Position numbers and translations under genes: made by a program | The notes under the pieces: model-generated | What the model was told of the DNA's origin: nothing | The model's database searches: none | Seen by the model: the letters and a program-made list of their open reading frames with translations, nothing else | Source: Smithellaceae bacterium | GTDB taxonomy: Bacteria > Desulfobacterota > Syntrophia > Syntrophales > Smithellaceae | DNA length: 64,000 bases | Direction: 5' to 3' | Assembly: GCA_963667845.2 (NCBI GenBank) | Contig: CAXXVL010000002.1 | Coordinates: 192,001-256,000, forward strand | Part shown: in pieces, positions 19,039-28,485 of the stretch | How positions within the stretch are numbered: the stretch's first letter is position 1 | Layout of the letters: the number at the start of each line of letters is the position of its first letter

Positions 19039-19869
19039 TCAGATTTTATCGAAGCGCACTTTCTTGCGGTTCACGGTCCTGAGATATTTTACTTTGGGGT
19101 GACCGAAAACCATCATGAAGATGACGGCTTCCCCTTCTTTGATCCCGACCCGATTTCTCAGTTCGGGCGACACGGCAAACGCAAACGTTCCAAATCCCAT
19201 CAGACAGGCGCCCAGGCCCAGCGCGTTAATCATCAGTTCGAGATGACCCGCATTGAAACAGCCGTCTACCTCATTGCAGGTCCGGCTCACGATCAAAAGC
19301 GCATTGGGCGCGCTGTGAAACAATAAATCCCGCTGCTTTTTCTGATAGGCCTGCTGCCAGTTGATCCAGATGGATTGAAAATCCAGGTATTGATAAGGCA
19401 CGCGCATCGCCTTCTTATCCACGCTTTTGACATCCAGTTGGGTGAGAGCTTGGAGCGCCAGCGGCGTAATTTCGCGCAGCGTGTCTTTCGTGAGCACGAT
19501 ATAACGCAGCGTCTGCGTATTTGCGCCGGTTTGCGTGTATCGCCCCATCTCCAGGATTTTCGCTATATCCGCGTCGCTCACCGGTTCCTCCGTATACTGA
19601 CGGGTGCTTCTGCGAAATTTGACAAAGTTCAGAAGCTGATCAGGCCCAATAGCGAACTTCTGCGGATCGTCATACTCGAGGACTTCGGCGGGATCATAGT
19701 CGCCCGCCATTGCAACCGCGCCCTGCTTGCAGACCGCCATGCAGTGACCGCATTCCAGGCACCATTGACCATGAACGGCTTTCCCGTCTTTGATGGTAAT
19801 ATTGGCGGCAGGACAATCCGCCCTGCAAATCCCGCATCCGATGCATTTCTCTGAATCGACTGTTATCAT
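19039..19869 (-). CDS. Nitroreductase with N-terminal 2x[4Fe-4S] ferredoxin domain
   Basis: CIGCGICRADCP, CLECGHCMAVC, RRSTRQY, ALGLGAC; AGGAG SD before MITVD. Confidence 0.9.
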   Translation of the reverse strand: MITVDSEKCIGCGICRADCPAANITIKDGKAVHGQWCLECGHCMAVCKQGAVAMAGDYDPAEVLEYDDPQKFAIGPDQLLNFVKFRRSTRQYTEEPVSDADIAKILEMGRYTQTGANTQTLRYIVLTKDTLREITPLALQALTQLDVKSVDKKAMRVPYQYLDFQSIWINWQQAYQKKQRDLLFHSAPNALLIVSRTCNEVDGCFNAGHLELMINALGLGACLMGFGTFAFAVSPELRNRVGIKEGEAVIFMMVFGHPKVKYLRTVNRKKVRFDKI

Positions 19870-20148
19870 GGTGGTCTCCTTTAGTTTTGATCGTGTCTGT
19901 CTGCCGGGACCGCGTCTGAAAGATATCATTTCAAACCCGGTGAGAATCCAAGTCCCCGTGGCATTAAGGGATCTTTGCAATATCTCCCCGGCCGGTCTGA
20001 CCGGGCGTTGCGGGAAAAGACATAGCGTGGCGTAACGTTAAAGTCAACCTGTTCTAAAGGAGGATGGGTTCGCGAAGTCCGGCAGGGTCTGCCGGCGGTT
20101 CCCGTCATCATGTACCGGGAAACAAATAACGAAGGTATCAAACGGAAA

Positions 20149-21276
20149 TCAGCGTGCAGCGAGAGCCGCCGGCTGAATTTGATCACCCTCGGAGATTCCC
20201 CAGCCGGGGTTGAGGATGACTCTCTCGCCTTCTTCCAGTCCCGCGGCGAGCCGCACCCTTATGGCATCGCTTTCGGCAACGGTCACCTGACGAAAATTGA
20301 CTTTGCTTTCTGCAGTCACCACAGCGACCAGATATTTGTCATTCTTGATCAGCAGCGCTCCCGCCGGAATTTCAACCGCCGGCTGCATCTGGAGAAAAAG
20401 GGACACCTGGACAAAGCTGCCCGCCAATAGGAGCCCCCGGCGGTTGTCCACATCGATTTCCGTCAAAAGCGTACGCGTTTTATCGTCCAGCTGACCGCTC
20501 ATCCGGCTCACGGATGCGGTGAGGCGCAAATCGGGGCGGGAGGGATCGGTGATAACGGCCCTGTCGCCTATGCGGACAACCGATGCGTCCCTCTGGTCCA
20601 GGTAAACGTACACCCTGATTCTGTGAGTCTCGGCAATCGACGCGACAGGCAGGGTGGTTGTCTGGGACGTGACGGCGCTTTGAACCAGGGCGCCGGGATC
20701 GACAAAACGGGCAGTGACCACACAGGGAAACGGCGCACGGATGATCTGATAATCTTTTTGAATCCGCAGGGCCTCCGTATTGGCTTCGGCCTGGTCGGCC
20801 GCGGCAAACGCGCGCTGGGCATCCTGAATGGAAATTGCATTTTTCTCGAGCTGCGACTTTGCCCGTACCGCATCCTGGCGCTTGTTTTGTGCGTCCGCCA
20901 GCGCCGCTTTGTATTGCGAGTCGAGTTCCGGTGACTCGATGACAGCCACGACCTGGCCTTCCTTCAAGTGATCGCCTTTGTCCACCGGGATGGATTTTAT
21001 GTAGCCGCTCACTTTGGCATAGAGCGTAACCGACGCATAAGGCCTCGCCTCTCCCGTCAGCGTGATGGACCGGCCGCCGGGCAAACGTTTGGCGGCGGTG
21101 ACAAAAACCTGGGGACCGGCTTTAGCCGCCAATGACCGCTCATGCCTTTCGCGGCTGACGTTCAGTTTTTCTTTTTCCAGAAGAATGATCAGGGATACCG
21201 CGGCGATGATGATTATGACAATTCCGGCGATAAAGATGGTGCGCTTCCCTTCGAAGAATGATCGCATGTTATTCAT
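20149..21276 (-). CDS. RND efflux membrane-fusion protein
   Basis: N-terminal TM, AKVSGYI...VDKGD, IRAPF lipoyl halves; GGAGG SD; overlaps the RND stop. Confidence 0.9.
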   Translation of the reverse strand: MNNMRSFFEGKRTIFIAGIVIIIIAAVSLIILLEKEKLNVSRERHERSLAAKAGPQVFVTAAKRLPGGRSITLTGEARPYASVTLYAKVSGYIKSIPVDKGDHLKEGQVVAVIESPELDSQYKAALADAQNKRQDAVRAKSQLEKNAISIQDAQRAFAAADQAEANTEALRIQKDYQIIRAPFPCVVTARFVDPGALVQSAVTSQTTTLPVASIAETHRIRVYVYLDQRDASVVRIGDRAVITDPSRPDLRLTASVSRMSGQLDDKTRTLLTEIDVDNRRGLLLAGSFVQVSLFLQMQPAVEIPAGALLIKNDKYLVAVVTAESKVNFRQVTVAESDAIRVRLAAGLEEGERVILNPGWGISEGDQIQPAALAAR

Positions 21277-24200
21277 GAGGACCTCCTGCAGTCCGCCCCT
21301 CCCGCATCTCGGCCTCATACTGCTCGTCCAGGAGATGCTTGGATGGCGGCTTCCTGCGTAGAAACGTATAGACGACGGGCACGATGAACAAGGTCGTGAC
21401 GGTCGCAAAGAGTAATCCGCCGATGACGGCGCGTCCCAGAGGAGCATTTTGTTCACCCGCCTCTCCCATGGCCAGCGCCATGGGCATCATGCCGATGATC
21501 ATAGCCAGCGCGGTCATGATGACGGGGCGCAGTCTCGTTTTCCCGGCTTCCACAACGGCTTCCTCGGGCGACATGCCCGTTTCGGCCCGCAGATCGTTGG
21601 CAAAGCTGACCACCAGAATCGAATTCGCCGTGGCGATGCCCACGGCCATAATGGCGCCCATCAGTGATTCCACATTGATGGTCGTCCCTGTGACGGCCAG
21701 CATCCAGAGAATTCCGGCCAGCGCTCCGGGAACCGCCATCATGATGATGAACGGGTCCATCCAGGACTGGAAGAGGATCACCATCAGAAAGTAAACGAGC
21801 AGAATTGCCAGGATCAATCCGAGCCCCAGACTGCGAAACGATTGGAACATGATTTCATTCTGGCCGCGCAGCGTGATTTTCGTGCCGGGCGGAAGCGGCG
21901 CGAGCGCATCGATGCTTTTTTGAATATCCCGGGATACTGATCCGAGGTCCCGCCCCTCGATGTTGGCATCGACATTCAGCACCCGCTGCACGGTATAGTG
22001 CGTAATATTTTCAGAGCTCATGGAATGGGAAACAGAGGCGACGTTGCCCAGCGTGAGTGCCGGAGACTGCGGCGCCTGAGAGGGGGGCCCCGGCGCTCCG
22101 CTTTGCAGGAGCGCAGCCGCGGACGGAGCGGTGAGCGGCAGGGCATGCAGATGCTGAAGCTCGCGGATGCGCTGGGTCGGAATCTGCACGGCCACAGTAT
22201 AGTTGACGTTGTTTTCACGGTTCAGAAAAAAGGAGGGCGCGATGAGCGTGCTCGATGAAAGCGCAATGAGAGCGCTTGTGGCCACGTCCCGTTCACTCAT
22301 TCCCAGATTAGCGGCCCGCGTCCGGTCCACATCCACCTGCAGCGCCGGATAATCCAGAACCTGATTGATATGCACATCCGCCACGCCCGGGATGCCGTTC
22401 ATGGCGTCGCGCAGAGTAAGGGCGTACGCATAAGACTTGTTGAAGTCGGCGCCTTCCACCTGGACGTCCAGCGGCGACGTAAGACCAAAGTTCAGCACTT
22501 GCGTGACGATATCCGCGGATTGAAAATAAATCCTCGATCCGGGAAACGCTTTGGGCAGTTCCTCACGGATTTTCCGCCGGTAAATCTCCGTCGGCCGGTG
22601 CCCTTTTTTCAAAGAAATCAATATTTCGGCATCCATGCCCCCGATATTTTCAGTGTAGACAAAGGCCAGATTGTAAAACGTCGGAACACCGATCATGTCA
22701 TTGATTGTTTCAAGTTCTTGGGGCCCGATGATCTCCCGGATGCGCGTCTCAACCTGCTCGACAAGCTTTTCCGTTTGTTCGATGCGCATCCCCGGAGGCG
22801 CCCGGAAATGAAGCTTCATCATTCCGGTGTCCACATTCGGGAAAAAGTCCATCCCGACGACGAAGAGCAAGCCGGCGCTGACCGTACCGAGAATACCGGC
22901 AATGCCGAGGGAAAACGCGCGGCGGGCAAGAACGGCCTGGAGCGCGCGCCCGTAGGCATCGCGCATTTGGTCGTAAATCCTTTCCCGGAATACGGCAAGC
23001 CCGCCGAGTATCCACCCGGGCTTCGTCCCCACGTCATGACCCTGGAGAGCACCCGGCTCCTGTCCTCTCATCAACATCCGGTAGAGGACGGGGACAAGCG
23101 TCCGCGAAAGAACGTACGAGGCCAGCATCGCCGTCACGACGGCCAGCGCCATCGGCGTGAACAAATACTTGGCCGCGCCATACAGCAGCACAACGGGAAA
23201 GAAAACGACGCAGATGGAAAGCGTCGAAACGATGGCCGGCACGGCGATCTGGCTTGATCCCTCGGTGACTGCGACCGTCAGCGGCTTCCCCAGGGCATAA
23301 TTGCGGTGGATATTCTCCACCGCCACCGTGGCATCGTCGACGAGCATCCCGATCGCCAGCGCCAGTCCTCCCAGGGTCATGATGTTGATTGTCTGCCCGG
23401 CCAGATTGAGGCAAATGATCGCCGTAAAGATCGACAGCGGAATCGATGTGGAGACAACCACCATGTTCCGCCAGCTGCCCAGGAAAACCAAGATCATGAG
23501 TGAAACCAGAATGGAAGCGAGCACCGCTTCCCGGACGACGCTCGCAATGGCGCCGCGGACGAAGACCGACTGGTCGAAATCGATTTTGAGCTCCAGTCCG
23601 TGAGGCGCCACCTCTTTGATGCCGGGCAGAGCATCGCGCGTCGCATCGACGACGGCCAGGGTGGAGGCATCCGCGTGTTTCAGGATGGCAAGGTACGTGG
23701 CCCGCTTCCCGTTGACGCGCACGATATTGGTCTGCGTGGCATAACTATCCGAAATTTTCGCGACGTCGCCCAGATACACCGGGGCCGTACCCACCACCTT
23801 GATGGGCATCTTGTTGAAGTGGTCGAGAATATGCGGGCTCGAATTGAGAAGCACATTGTATTCCGTATCCCCGATGCGCGCCGTGCCGGCCGGAATAATC
23901 ACATTTGAAGACTGGAGCGCGGAAACCACATCCGCGGGCGACAGGCCCCGGGCGGCCAGCGCTTCGGGTTTGACGTCCACCATGATCTGACGGGTCTTCC
24001 CGCCGAAAGGAGCGGGGGTGGAGAGCCCCGGGATGGTAAAGAGCCGCACACGGATAAAGTTGAGCCCATAGTCGAAAATCTTCTCTTCAGACAGTGTGTC
24101 GCTTGATACAGTGACCTGGGATACCGGAACATTCGTGGCGGAAAACTGCGTGATCACGGGAGGCTGCATCCCCGGCGGAGCAATCCGGAGAATCGTGCTG

Positions 24201-24538
24201 GAAACAGACGTTATCTGCGCAATAGCGGCGCCGATGTCGCTGCCGGGTTGGAAGTAGACTTTCAAAAGGCCGATCCCGGGAATGGATTGCGATTCAATGC
24301 GCGCGATGCCGTTGACGGTGGTCGAATAGGCTCTCTCACTGATCAGCACGACCCGCCGCTCCATGTCCTCGGGGGAAAGGCCGGGGTAATTCCAGACGAC
24401 AATCACAACGGGGATATTGATCGGCGGAAAGATATCCACGATCATCCGGCCAAGCGAGAGCGTGCCCAGCACCAGGATGAGCAGCGACATCACCGCAATC
24501 GTATAGGGGCGTCGCAGTGCAAGACGTACAATCCACAT
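21269..24538 (-). CDS. RND efflux permease (AcrB/NolG-like)
   Basis: MWIVRLALRRPY, GMLVDDATV, RLRPVIMT; 1089 aa. Confidence 0.95.
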   Translation of the reverse strand: MWIVRLALRRPYTIAVMSLLILVLGTLSLGRMIVDIFPPINIPVVIVVWNYPGLSPEDMERRVVLISERAYSTTVNGIARIESQSIPGIGLLKVYFQPGSDIGAAIAQITSVSSTILRIAPPGMQPPVITQFSATNVPVSQVTVSSDTLSEEKIFDYGLNFIRVRLFTIPGLSTPAPFGGKTRQIMVDVKPEALAARGLSPADVVSALQSSNVIIPAGTARIGDTEYNVLLNSSPHILDHFNKMPIKVVGTAPVYLGDVAKISDSYATQTNIVRVNGKRATYLAILKHADASTLAVVDATRDALPGIKEVAPHGLELKIDFDQSVFVRGAIASVVREAVLASILVSLMILVFLGSWRNMVVVSTSIPLSIFTAIICLNLAGQTINIMTLGGLALAIGMLVDDATVAVENIHRNYALGKPLTVAVTEGSSQIAVPAIVSTLSICVVFFPVVLLYGAAKYLFTPMALAVVTAMLASYVLSRTLVPVLYRMLMRGQEPGALQGHDVGTKPGWILGGLAVFRERIYDQMRDAYGRALQAVLARRAFSLGIAGILGTVSAGLLFVVGMDFFPNVDTGMMKLHFRAPPGMRIEQTEKLVEQVETRIREIIGPQELETINDMIGVPTFYNLAFVYTENIGGMDAEILISLKKGHRPTEIYRRKIREELPKAFPGSRIYFQSADIVTQVLNFGLTSPLDVQVEGADFNKSYAYALTLRDAMNGIPGVADVHINQVLDYPALQVDVDRTRAANLGMSERDVATSALIALSSSTLIAPSFFLNRENNVNYTVAVQIPTQRIRELQHLHALPLTAPSAAALLQSGAPGPPSQAPQSPALTLGNVASVSHSMSSENITHYTVQRVLNVDANIEGRDLGSVSRDIQKSIDALAPLPPGTKITLRGQNEIMFQSFRSLGLGLILAILLVYFLMVILFQSWMDPFIIMMAVPGALAGILWMLAVTGTTINVESLMGAIMAVGIATANSILVVSFANDLRAETGMSPEEAVVEAGKTRLRPVIMTALAMIIGMMPMALAMGEAGEQNAPLGRAVIGGLLFATVTTLFIVPVVYTFLRRKPPSKHLLDEQYEAEMREGRTAGGPHE

Positions 24539-24714
24539 ATGGGGACATCCTTCCGCACAACCTCCGGAGCCGTTCCTTTCGCTTTAGGGTATTGCGTGTC
24601 ACGAAACGTTGCCGTAAGCCTCGGCGGCCGGAGTGTGGCTGGCGAATGAAAAGCGATTCATCGCGTGAAACACTATTTCACCATTTAGAAAATTAATTCC
24701 GGATGAGACGGGAG

Positions 24715-24760
24715 ACAATGAGGATAAAATATCAGCAAAATGGGAGGAAATATCTATCAC
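24715..24760 (-). promoter_or_regulatory. 46-bp duplicated upstream element, copy A (before RND-MFP)
   Basis: 43/46 identical to 26451-26496. Confidence 0.6.
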
Positions 24761-24874
24761 TCCCGATTCACCCTGCATCCTGAAGGGCGCGCGAGGGCAC
24801 AGGCCGTATTGCGCATCGCGGGCACGGAAGGGCAAAAAGGTAATTGCGACACACAGTCTGTTTAAGCCGGAATA

Positions 24875-25750
24875 TCATTTTGCCGGATCAACACGGCCCA
24901 GCGCCGCCGCAATCCCGCGGGCCAGGGTTTCCGGATCATTATGACCCCAGAAGTGAAGAAAGAAAAGGCGAGGCGATTCAAAAAGCATATGGCTGTGCAC
25001 CGCCGTAACCGTGATGCCATGCAAGACGAGCTCCCGGATGACCGGATTCACTTCCGTTCCGATCAGAACGAAATCGCCGGTCGCAACCGCTTTACCGCCA
25101 ACCCTCTGCAGATTGATTCCCGTGGCCATCCCCATAAAGGGAGGTATGACCATTCCTTTCTCAGTGATTTTCCCCCGGCGCGGAAAGCTGAGCTGCAGCA
25201 GATTTCCTTTCTTTTGTCCCTCTTTGCCGAAGATCGCCTCGACCTTTCTCCAATCCGCAGGAGGACCGTCCGCGGCGGCGGCCGCCGGCACTCCGGCGGG
25301 CGTACCCGTTGCGGAAAGAACGGAATGCATGGCGGCGGCCAGCTTATCCGGATTTCCTTCGCCGTTGAAATGCACATACATGATGACGGGGACCGAACCG
25401 AGAAGATGGTTATGGATGGCAGTGACCTGAATCCCTTCTGCAACAAGCTTCGCCGTCACCGGGGCAACCTCGGTTTCCAAAAGGGCAATATCCCCCATCA
25501 TCATCACGTCATTTCCCATTCCCGTGGGCTTGAAGGCAACCCACGACGTAAGCGCCAGTCCGGGCTCCACCAAAATCTCTCCGATTTTTACGGACAGGTC
25601 CGTGCGCGGGAAAGCGATCTTGATCATGTCCGCCTGTCTGGCTCCTGTTCGCCCCAGAGCCTTTTCCACCTTGTCCCAATCGGACGGCTCGGCCTGCGCC
25701 GCGGTAAAACTCAAAAGCAGTGCCCAGAATACCAATAGTGCGCGTCTCAT
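24875..25750 (-). CDS. Secreted tandem DUF1259 (LppY/LpqO-like) protein
   Basis: Signal peptide AQA|E; two repeats carrying VTAIHNH and VTAVHSH motifs. Confidence 0.8.
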   Translation of the reverse strand: MRRALLVFWALLLSFTAAQAEPSDWDKVEKALGRTGARQADMIKIAFPRTDLSVKIGEILVEPGLALTSWVAFKPTGMGNDVMMMGDIALLETEVAPVTAKLVAEGIQVTAIHNHLLGSVPVIMYVHFNGEGNPDKLAAAMHSVLSATGTPAGVPAAAAADGPPADWRKVEAIFGKEGQKKGNLLQLSFPRRGKITEKGMVIPPFMGMATGINLQRVGGKAVATGDFVLIGTEVNPVIRELVLHGITVTAVHSHMLFESPRLFFLHFWGHNDPETLARGIAAALGRVDPAK

Positions 25751-25791
25751 CTTTTCCTCCTTTGCGAGCCGGCGCCCCGGATTGGCCGCTG

Positions 25792-26382
25792 TTATGGTCC
25801 GGTCTCGATGCCTTCCAATATTTTCTCAATACGCCTGTCGGGCACGAGCCAGAGAAGCGCCACCAGAACATACAGGCCCTGGGCGACCCAATGCGCAAAG
25901 AAGGCCGCCCCGATGGCTACCAGGTAAATCATCGGCGAGAGTTTCCCTTTCCAGTCACTGCCGACCGCTTTCTTGAGCAGGGAAGCCGATCCTTCCGCTG
26001 CGATAATCAGCTGCTCCAGTATCCAGTAGGCAACAGCGGCCATGAACAGAACAATCCCATAGACGGCGGACGGGGCGGCGGCGAAATGATTTTCGCCCAT
26101 CCAGCCCGTCACAAAAGGAAACAGCGACAGCCAGAAAAGCAGATGAAGATTGGCCCACAGGATCGGACCGGTTACCCGGTGCAGCGTATGAAGCATATGA
26201 TGGTGATTATTCCAGTAGATGCCCACGTAGACGAAGCTCAGCACATAGCACAGGAATACCGGAAGGAGGGGCGCAAGCACTGCGAGCATTTCACCCTCGG
26301 GCACTTTAAGCTCCAGCACCATAATCGTTATAATGATGGCAATGACGCCGTCGCTGAATGCTTCGAGTCTGTTCTTTCCCAT
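25792..26382 (-). CDS. TMEM175-family potassium channel
   Basis: RLEAFSDGVIAIIITIMVLELKVP signature; YWNNHH. Confidence 0.92.
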   Translation of the reverse strand: MGKNRLEAFSDGVIAIIITIMVLELKVPEGEMLAVLAPLLPVFLCYVLSFVYVGIYWNNHHHMLHTLHRVTGPILWANLHLLFWLSLFPFVTGWMGENHFAAAPSAVYGIVLFMAAVAYWILEQLIIAAEGSASLLKKAVGSDWKGKLSPMIYLVAIGAAFFAHWVAQGLYVLVALLWLVPDRRIEKILEGIETGP

Positions 26383-26450
26383 ACGGATATGTCCCTGTCC
26401 CATGCAAAATCATTCATCTGAGAGGAAATTAGTCCGGAAAAGACACTGAA

Positions 26451-26496
26451 ACAATGAGGATAAAATATCAGGAAAATAGGAGGGAATATCTATCAC
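26451..26496 (-). promoter_or_regulatory. 46-bp duplicated upstream element, copy B (before TMEM175-DUF1259)
   Basis: 43/46 identical to 24715-24760. Confidence 0.6.
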
Positions 26497-26664
26497 CGAA
26501 AACGGGTCCGCCAATAGGGACGTCCGCTTGTTTCCCGGCCTACCGGCGGCAATCCGTCTTTCGGAGCAGGGGCGGATACAGTGGAGAGCGCCTCACTAAA
26601 TCGGCGATTTGTCTGGCGCTCTCGTGATGTGCAATAAATAATAAGCGAGCCCGTGAAAAAAGGC

Positions 26665-26707
26665 TTGACGATGCATCAATTCCGGACTAAACTTAACATC
26701 GTTAAGT
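26665..26707 (+). promoter_or_regulatory. Sigma70 promoter with overlapping TetR-type operator
   Basis: TTGACG-17-TAAACT; ACTTAAC-atc-GTTAAGT palindrome at 26691-26707. Confidence 0.75.
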
Positions 26708-26726
26708 AATATAACGGTGGAAAGTT

Positions 26727-27338
26727 ATGGGAATCAAAGAAAGAAGAAAACGGCATAAAGAGACCCTGCGGCAGGACATCCTGGATGCGGCCAGAACCCT
26801 CCTCTTCACCAGGGGTTATGCTCATTTTTCCATGAGGCGCCTTGCCGAACGCATCGAATACACGCCCACGACCATTTACCTCCACTTCAAGGACAAACGG
26901 GAAATTCTCTTTCATTTGCGCGAAGAAGTCTACGGCCTCGTGACCGATCTGCTGGAGGCGGCCGCCGCCTCGGAGAAGGACCCGGCCCGTAAAGTGAGGG
27001 CCGTCTTCCGGGCCTTTGTGGACTTCGGCCTATCCGATCCCGACCGTTACCGGCTGGCCTTCGGGGAGGATGCATCGGCGGAGCTGAAGCCCATCACTTT
27101 TCTTCAAGAAGGCACGAAGGGACTGCATGCCTATGAAACAGTCCGCAAAATGGTTCATGACATGGGCAAGAAGAAGGCTAAAGAAGCTGAAGACCTTGAT
27201 TGCCTGACCCAGGTCCTTTGGGCCAATACCCATGGACTCATCACCTTTCTCAATTATCATTCCGATTTTCCCTGGGTTGATCGCGATAAACTGATCAACC
27301 GGAGCATCGATATGACCATCAAGGGATTGGGACTCTGA
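26727..27338 (+). CDS. TetR/AcrR family regulator
   Basis: ILDAARTLL..RGY..FSMRRLAERIEYTPTTIYLHFKDK HTH. Confidence 0.93.
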   Translation: MGIKERRKRHKETLRQDILDAARTLLFTRGYAHFSMRRLAERIEYTPTTIYLHFKDKREILFHLREEVYGLVTDLLEAAAASEKDPARKVRAVFRAFVDFGLSDPDRYRLAFGEDASAELKPITFLQEGTKGLHAYETVRKMVHDMGKKKAKEAEDLDCLTQVLWANTHGLITFLNYHSDFPWVDRDKLINRSIDMTIKGLGL

Positions 27339-27348
27339 GGTAAAGAAC

Positions 27349-28485
27349 ATGAAAGCCGCATTTTTCCGGTCACATAAATTCATCCTTTTCCCGCTCACGT
27401 TCATGGTCTTCATCTCCTGTACGGAGAGCCCCGCGCCGCAAGACGCCGCAACGCCCGTTGTGGTGAAGGTCGGCCCGGTCCATCAGGTGAAGGAACACGA
27501 AATCATTTCCGCTACGGGCTACGTTGTCTCGCCCGGCGGCTCGACGGCCCTGTCATTCATGGTCTCCGGCCGGGTGGCCACGGCGGGACCCCGCGAAGGC
27601 GACGCGGTCCGCGCGGGGCAGGCGCTCGCCTCTATTGATCCCGGCGACTATGCCCTGGCCGCCAAAGCAGCCGCTGCCCAGGCCAGGCAGGCCGAGGTCG
27701 GTTGCGAGCGGGCGCGTGACGAATATCAACGCATGAAGTTTCTCTATGAGCAAAAGAGTATCGCACCAAATGACTTTGAAAAGCTGAAGGCCGTTTACGA
27801 AGCGGCAAAAGAGCAGCTGACACAGGCCGAGACGAATGACCAGGCGGCCCGCAAACGCCTGTCCGACACGATGCTGCGGGCGCCGTTCAATGGTTACATT
27901 GCCCGCCGCGGCGTGGAAAAGGGCGACCTGGTCGCCCCCGGGCGGCCGCTCTTCGAACTCGTACGCCTCGATCCGGTGGAAATCAGCATCGGCGTTCCGG
28001 AAAAAGATGTCCGCCTGGTCGCAAGCGGCATGACAGTAACCGTCACGGCACCGGCCCTTCCGGATCAACTGTTCGAAGGTATTGTACGCAACGTCAGCAT
28101 TTCCGCGGAACCTTCCACGAGAACCTATATGACGCGGATTACCGTACCCAACCCCCGCCACCTGCTCAAGCTGGGCATGGTGGCCGAGGTCCGGATTCAG
28201 GGCAACAGGCTCGTCCAGATGCTGACCCTGCCGGGCGACGCGATCGTCCACGATCATCAGGGCGTGACCAAAGTCTTTGTCTATTATCCCGGGAAGCGGC
28301 GCGTGTACGCCAGGAGAATCGAGGTCGGCGCCTTGACAGGCAAAGAAATCGAAATCACCAAGGGTCTTGGAGCAAACGACATCGTGGTCTATGCCGGGCA
28401 GGAAAGACTGCAAGATGGAGCCGCCGTGACTTTAGCGGCTGCTGCGGAGGCAACCGGCCCGCAGCCGGCAACTAAACGGCCATGA
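27349..28485 (+). CDS. RND membrane-fusion lipoprotein
   Basis: FISC lipobox-like; LSFMVSGRV, LRAPFNG; ATGA overlap with the next gene. Confidence 0.9.
   Translation: MKAAFFRSHKFILFPLTFMVFISCTESPAPQDAATPVVVKVGPVHQVKEHEIISATGYVVSPGGSTALSFMVSGRVATAGPREGDAVRAGQALASIDPGDYALAAKAAAAQARQAEVGCERARDEYQRMKFLYEQKSIAPNDFEKLKAVYEAAKEQLTQAETNDQAARKRLSDTMLRAPFNGYIARRGVEKGDLVAPGRPLFELVRLDPVEISIGVPEKDVRLVASGMTVTVTAPALPDQLFEGIVRNVSISAEPSTRTYMTRITVPNPRHLLKLGMVAEVRIQGNRLVQMLTLPGDAIVHDHQGVTKVFVYYPGKRRVYARRIEVGALTGKEIEITKGLGANDIVVYAGQERLQDGAAVTLAAAAEATGPQPATKRP

Noticed and set aside
26584..26623. GAGAGCGCC/GGCGCTCTC hairpin between divergent promoters
   Set aside because: Single copy with no U-tract or known motif; cannot assign a function.
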